This document shows positions 58,364-64,000 of a DNA stretch of 64,000 nucleotides, one piece after another. A program made the translations under genes and the position numbers. Under the pieces are notes generated by a model. It saw only the letters and a program-made list of their open reading frames with translations, was not told where the DNA came from and ran no database searches. This DNA is from a virus. How positions within the stretch are numbered: position 1 is the first letter of the stretch; every line of letters starts with the position of its first letter. The stretch lies in IMG/VR virus record IMGVR_UViG_3300028284_000001; one strand, written 5' to 3'.

Positions 58364-60114
58364 TATCCGTGTCCAAAATTTGATAGTTTAGTTGCAAGTC
58401 CTGCAGTAATATTCTTTCTATCTTTATTACCATAAGCACTTACATCAACAATTTTATCTAAATCAACTGCTCCTTCAACTTCTGGTTGTAAATACATTCT
58501 ACCTCTACCAGCGTTAAACATGCTTTCAATTTCACCCTTATCTCTAGGTCTTGCAGGTTTTAAACTACATACTAGTTTCATTTTACTTGGAAAGCCTTCA
58601 TAACCTAAAGGGCCTTCAAATTCTACAGAAGAATTTTGTAAAGCTAAATTACCACAAACCATCATCGGGTTCATAGGATTACCTACAGTCATGTGCCATT
58701 GTCCAGTTGGATCTCCAGTTAAGAATGCTGCAATTACTTGACCACCTTGAGGACCATTCATTAATTTCATTAGTCCACCACCGATAATGTTATCCATAAT
58801 CTTAGAGTCACCTAATGCATTAATACCTTTACCACTTAAAAGACCACTTGCCGCTTTTCCTATATCATCGAACGCAGCACCCATTGAAGATTTCAATTGA
58901 GTAGTTAAACTAGTCATAAACCCAGCGTAATCTCCATTCTTTAATTTTTCAGCATCACCGAAAGGCGCTCCAACTGAGCCACTTCCAGTATATCTAGTAG
59001 CACCACCCCAAAACGGAGCATTGTTATATGTTAATGCTAATATGTTTGATAACGTATCCATAAATGCAATCTTAGGCGATGTACCTAAGTAACCTCTTAA
59101 GTCATAATGGAATGTTAAGTTAAACTCACTATCGAATTGTAAACCTTGTTCTCTTGATAAAACTTCTTTAATTACGTTTAAAGGTCCAAACACTTTATTT
59201 GGATATGTTTCTTTCATAGGATCAAAACCGCCACCTTTATCTCTAATTGTTGCAGCTTCACTTGCACTCTTACCACTAAGACCTGCTTCAACAGCACGAC
59301 CTAATGAAGATGAATCCATCATCTCTCCAAGTTTACCCCTAGATTTAGCATTACCTTGTACTGTTTGAATTTCTGATTCCACCTTTTTCCATGGGAATGC
59401 AGTACCAAACTTTAAAATCTCTTTCATGTCATTACCTAAAGCAGGTGACATCCATGTCATTACTCTAGCCAAATCAGGTTGTGAAGAATCAAACTCCTTA
59501 CCATTCTTATCTAAACCAGTAACATTCATAATATCATCATTTACAGGATATGCAAATCTTCTTAATGTAATTAAGTACTCGTTAGAAATTTGACCATAAT
59601 GTTCACATTGTATAAAGTCAGAAAATGAATAAGAATAACCTGATCCACCATTCGCAGAAGCATACTCTACAATTCTTCTAGCAGTTGGGTTTAATATATT
59701 AGAATCATTTCCTTCTAATGTAGTTTTATTATATTTCTTATATGCATTCTTTCCCCTTACAGTTCCAGTTCCAGTATTCTTGTAATTATGTAGAGCCCAC
59801 TTATTGTATAATGATTTTACACCTTTACCTTCACTTACTTTATCAGGATTACCATCTTTAATCTTGTAAGTTCTAGAATCAACAGCATTAGTACCGTATT
59901 TAGAAGTAATTACACCGCCCTTACCGTCTGGTTGAAAGAATGTAGTACTACCCGGAGCTACTGCATCGTCCTCTCCCTCTTCTATTACAGAATTAATAAC
60001 TGGTTCATCTACAATCTCCTGGTTCTTAACTACCTCCTCACCAGCTTCATTATCGTAATAAGTAAACTTAGTTGGAGGTCCAGGGGAAATGTTTAATAGT
60101 GTATACTTCGCCAT
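58363..60114 (-). CDS. Putative baseplate/tail-tube associated protein (583 aa)
   Basis: C-terminal WHMTVGNPMNPMMVCGNL...GFPSKMK tube-initiator-like pattern; GATATATA at 60134-60141. Confidence 0.45.
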   Translation of the reverse strand: MAKYTLLNISPGPPTKFTYYDNEAGEEVVKNQEIVDEPVINSVIEEGEDDAVAPGSTTFFQPDGKGGVITSKYGTNAVDSRTYKIKDGNPDKVSEGKGVKSLYNKWALHNYKNTGTGTVRGKNAYKKYNKTTLEGNDSNILNPTARRIVEYASANGGSGYSYSFSDFIQCEHYGQISNEYLITLRRFAYPVNDDIMNVTGLDKNGKEFDSSQPDLARVMTWMSPALGNDMKEILKFGTAFPWKKVESEIQTVQGNAKSRGKLGEMMDSSSLGRAVEAGLSGKSASEAATIRDKGGGFDPMKETYPNKVFGPLNVIKEVLSREQGLQFDSEFNLTFHYDLRGYLGTSPKIAFMDTLSNILALTYNNAPFWGGATRYTGSGSVGAPFGDAEKLKNGDYAGFMTSLTTQLKSSMGAAFDDIGKAASGLLSGKGINALGDSKIMDNIIGGGLMKLMNGPQGGQVIAAFLTGDPTGQWHMTVGNPMNPMMVCGNLALQNSSVEFEGPLGYEGFPSKMKLVCSLKPARPRDKGEIESMFNAGRGRMYLQPEVEGAVDLDKIVDVSAYGNKDRKNITAGLATKLSNFGHG

Positions 60115-60165
60115 GTAAAGCTTTTATTTTTAATATATATCTGTGCAATATATTACACTGATATA

Positions 60166-60762
60166 TTAGACCCACTCACCGCGGTCCATTTCATCATGGT
60201 TTGGTCTATATAAGATCGTGTCGACCCAACCATCTTCCTTAGGATATCTATCTCCTAAAAACTTTTCAAGTGCTTTAACGAACTCTCCTTTTGTATGAAA
60301 TTCATAATCGCCCTTATATGCGGATCTATTTGTTAGATTAAATAGATCTCTAATACAAGTTTCAACTTGGAATGCTTGTATCTTATTAAATAGAGAATCT
60401 TGTTCAGCTTTGGTCTTGACGCAGAATACAGAATCTACGCAAATCAAATACTGTTCCCATTTATCACCATTAAAAACCTTATCTTCAAGTTCTTTAACAG
60501 TATTATACTCTTGTCTCTTCAGGTTAATCTTAGTATCTTTACCTTCAAACCCTCTAATAAATCTACCACCAAATAGGTTTCTCTTTAGAAAACTAATCTG
60601 GTCATAGAACTTCTTAATCTTAATTTGATATTGTGGATTGACATCGTCGAATTTAACGTCGTATATCATAGCCCTTACGGGAATCAATACATTAGGAGCT
60701 TGAGTTGTAGAGATTAAAGCTTGAATCAATTCACCTTTAGTAAATATCTTGTGTTTAATCAT
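60166..60762 (-). CDS. Hypothetical protein
   Basis: 198-aa ORF in a coupled gene run. Confidence 0.7.
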   Translation of the reverse strand: MIKHKIFTKGELIQALISTTQAPNVLIPVRAMIYDVKFDDVNPQYQIKIKKFYDQISFLKRNLFGGRFIRGFEGKDTKINLKRQEYNTVKELEDKVFNGDKWEQYLICVDSVFCVKTKAEQDSLFNKIQAFQVETCIRDLFNLTNRSAYKGDYEFHTKGEFVKALEKFLGDRYPKEDGWVDTILYRPNHDEMDRGEWV

Positions 60763-61162
60763 GGTCTATGAATCTTACATTATCAAATTTACTTAGGACA
60801 CCCCTTTTAGGGTAATCACATCGGTTAATGATAATCAGATCCAAATCGACTGGTTCTTCTAATAAGTCATTTACAAATTCTTTTAAGCCTAAGACTGAAC
60901 CATTATCTAAGGTTTTGAACATGTATAAAATTTTGGCTTGATTTTTTTCGTTTTCTGATGAATCATTAATCAAACGCTGCATAAGCTTTCTAATGTAGAG
61001 TGACACAATAATATCTGATGGTTCTTTACCATAAGGATCAGATTTAATCAGCCTATTGAATATATCAAAATAGGACACGATCAAATCGTAATCTCCTGAC
61101 TTAGCTAATCTTTCAAACTCAGTCCTGGTTTTGCACCATACTCCCTCTACGTGTAGTTTCAT
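60755..61162 (-). CDS. Hypothetical protein
   Basis: 135-aa coupled ORF. Confidence 0.7.
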   Translation of the reverse strand: MKLHVEGVWCKTRTEFERLAKSGDYDLIVSYFDIFNRLIKSDPYGKEPSDIIVSLYIRKLMQRLINDSSENEKNQAKILYMFKTLDNGSVLGLKEFVNDLLEEPVDLDLIIINRCDYPKRGVLSKFDNVRFIDHD

Positions 61163-61482
61163 TTATCTAATAAACAAGTTAGCCCTTTTAATTCTTTTTG
61201 GAGTTGACTAACTCTTGCTTTAATTTCAGTTTCTGTAGGAGTATATCCTTTACCCCATTGAATACCAACCTCCAATTTATCACGGTCCATGTCAGTTCCC
61301 GTACTTAAACCTAGATCTAATATTAGATCATTTAAAAATTTAACCTGTTGTTGCCTACCTAAATAACCATCGAAGTCATAAACGTATCTAGATGTGAATT
61401 CTTCACCTCCACCGTTTACATTATCATCGATTAAAAATTTAACTAGCCCGTTATCAGCAGGTTCTATTTGAATACTAACCAT
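61159..61482 (-). CDS. Hypothetical protein
   Basis: 107-aa coupled ORF. Confidence 0.7.
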   Translation of the reverse strand: MVSIQIEPADNGLVKFLIDDNVNGGGEEFTSRYVYDFDGYLGRQQQVKFLNDLILDLGLSTGTDMDRDKLEVGIQWGKGYTPTETEIKARVSQLQKELKGLTCLLDK

Positions 61483-61492
61483 GTTTCGTTTC

Positions 61493-61951
61493 TTATTTTC
61501 TAGAGCGAAGTGATTGAGCCACTTCTCTTTGTAATTTCTTAATAGTTTGCTTGTCCTCTTTACGAGTCTCTTTATCTTTAATAACTGACATAGACCAAGC
61601 TTCTTCTAATTTATCTATCTCACTCTTATTGTAGCCAATAGATGTCCATGTAGTTTTCATAGATTCTAATTTAGATTCAAGTATTGCTGCATTGGTTTTT
61701 TCTAATGCATCTAAATTTTGTTGATGTATCTTTTTACCATTTTCAATATTTTGAGCACGGAAGCCACTTCTAACTTCACCTAAGAAATTCAAGCCACTTA
61801 AGTATTTTAATACACCTTGTTGTTTTAACATGTAACGTCTTTGACGTCTGTTCATTTTAGTAGGTGATGTCTGGGGCAGCGTTACCGCTTGTTCGATCGC
61901 TTTTTGTTGTTCCTCTGTTAGTTGAACTTCCTTTTCTGTTTGAGTTGCCAT
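61493..61951 (-). CDS. Hypothetical basic coiled-coil protein
   Basis: 152 aa with an MNRRQRR motif. Confidence 0.7.
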   Translation of the reverse strand: MATQTEKEVQLTEEQQKAIEQAVTLPQTSPTKMNRRQRRYMLKQQGVLKYLSGLNFLGEVRSGFRAQNIENGKKIHQQNLDALEKTNAAILESKLESMKTTWTSIGYNKSEIDKLEEAWSMSVIKDKETRKEDKQTIKKLQREVAQSLRSRK

Positions 61952-62470
61952 TGTAATAGTTTTTAATGAATTCTTCAGCCTGTGGCTTTAATTGTTCTTG
62001 TAGGTTATTTATCTGACTTAATACAAGCTCTAAAATTTGCTCATTTAAGTCTGCTTTTGTAATGTCCATTTGATCTTTAAATAAATCATAGACTTCTTTT
62101 GACGGAACGTTAAGGTCCATCGGCATTGTAATACTATTTTTAGCGCTAAGCTTTTTTAGCATTTCTAGCATTACATTAATTTCAGCGGGTTGGTTTTCTA
62201 CTACTGTGTTTTCAGCCACCTTAACTTTAGTATTGGATTTAGGTGATGATACATCTGGTGTAAGAAACGGTTGTGCTAAATTAAAAGCGCTAGCTTCGTC
62301 TTTAGCTTCCATCAAAACCTCGCTAATCATCTTAGTAAAAACCTTGGTACCGTCTGTAAAGTATGTAAACTCTCCTTTGGTTTTATCAGTAGTTACAGTC
62401 TCTCCAGCACGTTCTGATTTAGTCCAAACATATACCTTAGGTTTAGCTTCTTCTTTTACTTCTGTTGACA
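61857..62470 (-). CDS. Hypothetical protein (probable start MSTEVK at 62470)
   Basis: The ORF track gives 62543, but that extension overlaps the upstream gene; an A-rich leader precedes the ATG at 62468-62470. Confidence 0.6.
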
Positions 62471-62478
62471 TATTTTTA

Positions 62479-62709
62479 TTATTTGTTATTGATTTGATCA
62501 AAATCCATACTGATCTGACCAGTCTCTCTATAGTTATACTCACGATTTAGAAATTGTTTAATAAAGTCATGTGAATCAGGAGGTCCCATGATGGCGTCTG
62601 CCTTCCAAAACCTTCTTTTCCAGAAGTCAAAGAACTCCTCATTACCTTTTTCTTTTAATGATTCTTTTAAATAGTCTACATCCGGTAGCATTAGTTTGTT
62701 AAATCCCAT
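62479..62709 (-). CDS. Hypothetical protein (76 aa)
   Basis: Same-strand ORF filling the gap between neighbours. Confidence 0.65.
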   Translation of the reverse strand: MGFNKLMLPDVDYLKESLKEKGNEEFFDFWKRRFWKADAIMGPPDSHDFIKQFLNREYNYRETGQISMDFDQINNK

Positions 62710-62712
62710 TGT

Positions 62713-63285
62713 TTATTTTTTTGAGTTAAAAAAGAATGTTTGAAATAGCCTGCCGTCTTCCTTAGTTTTACCGAAGTAATCTAATGACGCATGAAACATG
62801 TCGCCTTTATAGAATACGCATCTATTATATTTGTTACCTATAACATCAACAAGTTCCCATTTGGTATAATCTTGTGCTTCGCTTTCTACGATAGCCATAA
62901 GAGATTCGTTAACTTCTCCATTAGGTAATCTAGGTGCTGATGTTAATCCAGTTGCTTTATGTTTAAATAAACCAGTTCCACCGGTTACTGGTGCGTCAGG
63001 TGTTAAGTAACAAACGCCTGCCCATTCATTCCAGCTATCAGCATGAATCCAAGTTCTATCACTGGCAAATGTAACTTGAAAAGCTCCGGTATACCCAGGA
63101 TCTTCTAGTGGTTCCATTTCAAATCCAGTAATTTCTTCTATGTATTTTACAATAGGTTCATTTAAAAACGATTTCGTTCTATGTCCCGGATAATTACCAT
63201 CTATATTAAAATCTTGCTCTAATGCAAAACTTCTAACTTCGTCCGGATTTGTGTAGAAATTATCTACGATAATTACATCTCTCAT
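62713..63285 (-). CDS. 2OG-Fe(II) oxygenase superfamily protein (DUF6445-like)
   Basis: IVDNFY, YPG, WIHAD (HxD), GVCYLTP, FHAS (distal His) and RLFQTFF (2OG-binding Arg). Confidence 0.8.
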   Translation of the reverse strand: MRDVIIVDNFYTNPDEVRSFALEQDFNIDGNYPGHRTKSFLNEPIVKYIEEITGFEMEPLEDPGYTGAFQVTFASDRTWIHADSWNEWAGVCYLTPDAPVTGGTGLFKHKATGLTSAPRLPNGEVNESLMAIVESEAQDYTKWELVDVIGNKYNRCVFYKGDMFHASLDYFGKTKEDGRLFQTFFFNSKK

Positions 63286-64000
63286 TAATATATTGTTTTA
63301 AGTCTTTCTTCAAAAGATGGAGGAAAGAATCCTGGTTTATTTATCAGGCTTCTAAAGCACGCATCTAAAATATATGTTATAGCCCAATCATCTTTAGATC
63401 TTATTGATCGACCGGCGCCTTGTTGTATTGCAATCCCTGTTTTCCAATCATACCATCCCGGGAATGCGGTCATCTTAGCTTTCACAAGTGGATCGCCAAG
63501 AGATGGATATGGTACTTTAAAGAAGATCTGAAATCTAGACTTGTCATCTTTTAAATCTAATCCCTCTAGCAAAGAAGGTCCAACTAAGACCTTACCTTCT
63601 GATTTGTTAAACAGGTCGATTGCGCCACTCCTCTCTTTTGCCATGTCATAGCTTATTAGGTTAAAGCTGTGTTTTGATCTGGCATTAATTTCATTCATGA
63701 ACTGATAGGAGCCGGCGTGAATAATTCCACTTTGTCCTTTGTGTTTCTCTAAGATCTTGTCAAGTGTTTTAATGACATGAGGGAGATTTTGTTCGCGTTC
63801 TCTAAAAGACAGTTTGTGCCTGTTAATGAAAATGATGGGGGATTTTTTGTAATCAAAATTATTACCCATTCTAATAACCCTAGCATTTCCCATTTTAGTA
63901 TGTTTAGCAAATGATTTAATATCACCTAATGTTGCTGACATAAAAACTTTAAAGCCACTTTTCTTTTGTAAGAATTTATCAATCATCATTGCCTCTTCCA
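63285..64000 (-). CDS. DinG/XPD-family helicase, C-terminal part; starts beyond the right edge
   Basis: MSATL, SLLEGLDL, KVPYP, QGAGRSIRSKDD and ILD motifs. Confidence 0.88.
   Translation of the reverse strand, partial: EEAMMIDKFLQKKSGFKVFMSATLGDIKSFAKHTKMGNARVIRMGNNFDYKKSPIIFINRHKLSFREREQNLPHVIKTLDKILEKHKGQSGIIHAGSYQFMNEINARSKHSFNLISYDMAKERSGAIDLFNKSEGKVLVGPSLLEGLDLKDDKSRFQIFFKVPYPSLGDPLVKAKMTAFPGWYDWKTGIAIQQGAGRSIRSKDDWAITYILDACFRSLINKPGFFPPSFEERLKTIY

Noticed and set aside
171-62550. Numerous 60-200 aa plus-strand ORFs in the track (e.g. 171-353, 1208-1540, 17729-18334, 24648-25058, 40547-41002, 54843-55268)
   Set aside because: They lie antisense to well-supported minus-strand genes, have no promoter motif and show shadow-frame composition. 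Only 20270 and 51627 are accepted.
1-64000. Stop-codon reassignment, as seen in some large Bacteroidota phages
   Set aside because: Genes, including an 8.2 kb ORF, are intact and densely packed in code 11 with no sign of fragmentation.

Overview
This 64 kb AT-rich window comes from a large T4-superfamily (jumbo myo-type) phage genome in standard code 11, with almost all genes on the minus strand. The host is probably a Bacteroidota species, judging by the TAnnTTTG-like promoters, the absence of Shine-Dalgarno motifs and a Bacteroidota-style bS1 gene. Left to right: (1) the N-terminal part of a family B DNA polymerase, preceded by a candidate DNA-hypermodification operon (DUF6378-like protein, SGNH-fold protein, 50-aa ORF, amino-acid:DNA-transferase-like protein, PLP enzyme, dimeric dNTPase); (2) a translation-protection cluster (CCA-adding enzyme, an unannotated 45-aa ArfA/BrfA-like ORF, metallophosphoesterase); (3) an 8.5 kb late operon whose proteins all carry T4-like capsid-targeting/prohead-protease motifs, including two RNA-ligase-fold proteins, one fused to an HxGH nucleotidyltransferase; (4) UvsW, UvsY, primase, gp32 SSB and a RuvC-like nuclease; (5) a long tail/baseplate/neck region containing a Hint-domain fibre, a 2735-aa Ig-rich protein, an amidoligase and a 4-domain ribosomal protein S1; (6) hypothetical genes, a 2OG-Fe(II) oxygenase and a partial DinG-like helicase. 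Three promoter classes (early, middle, late) can be read from repeated intergenic motifs. The most promising undescribed system is a virion-packaged, protease-matured payload (RNA/nucleotide enzymes plus a masked membrane-active peptide), alongside phage-encoded ribosome rescue and tRNA-repair functions. All family assignments come from motif recognition by eye; no database search was run.
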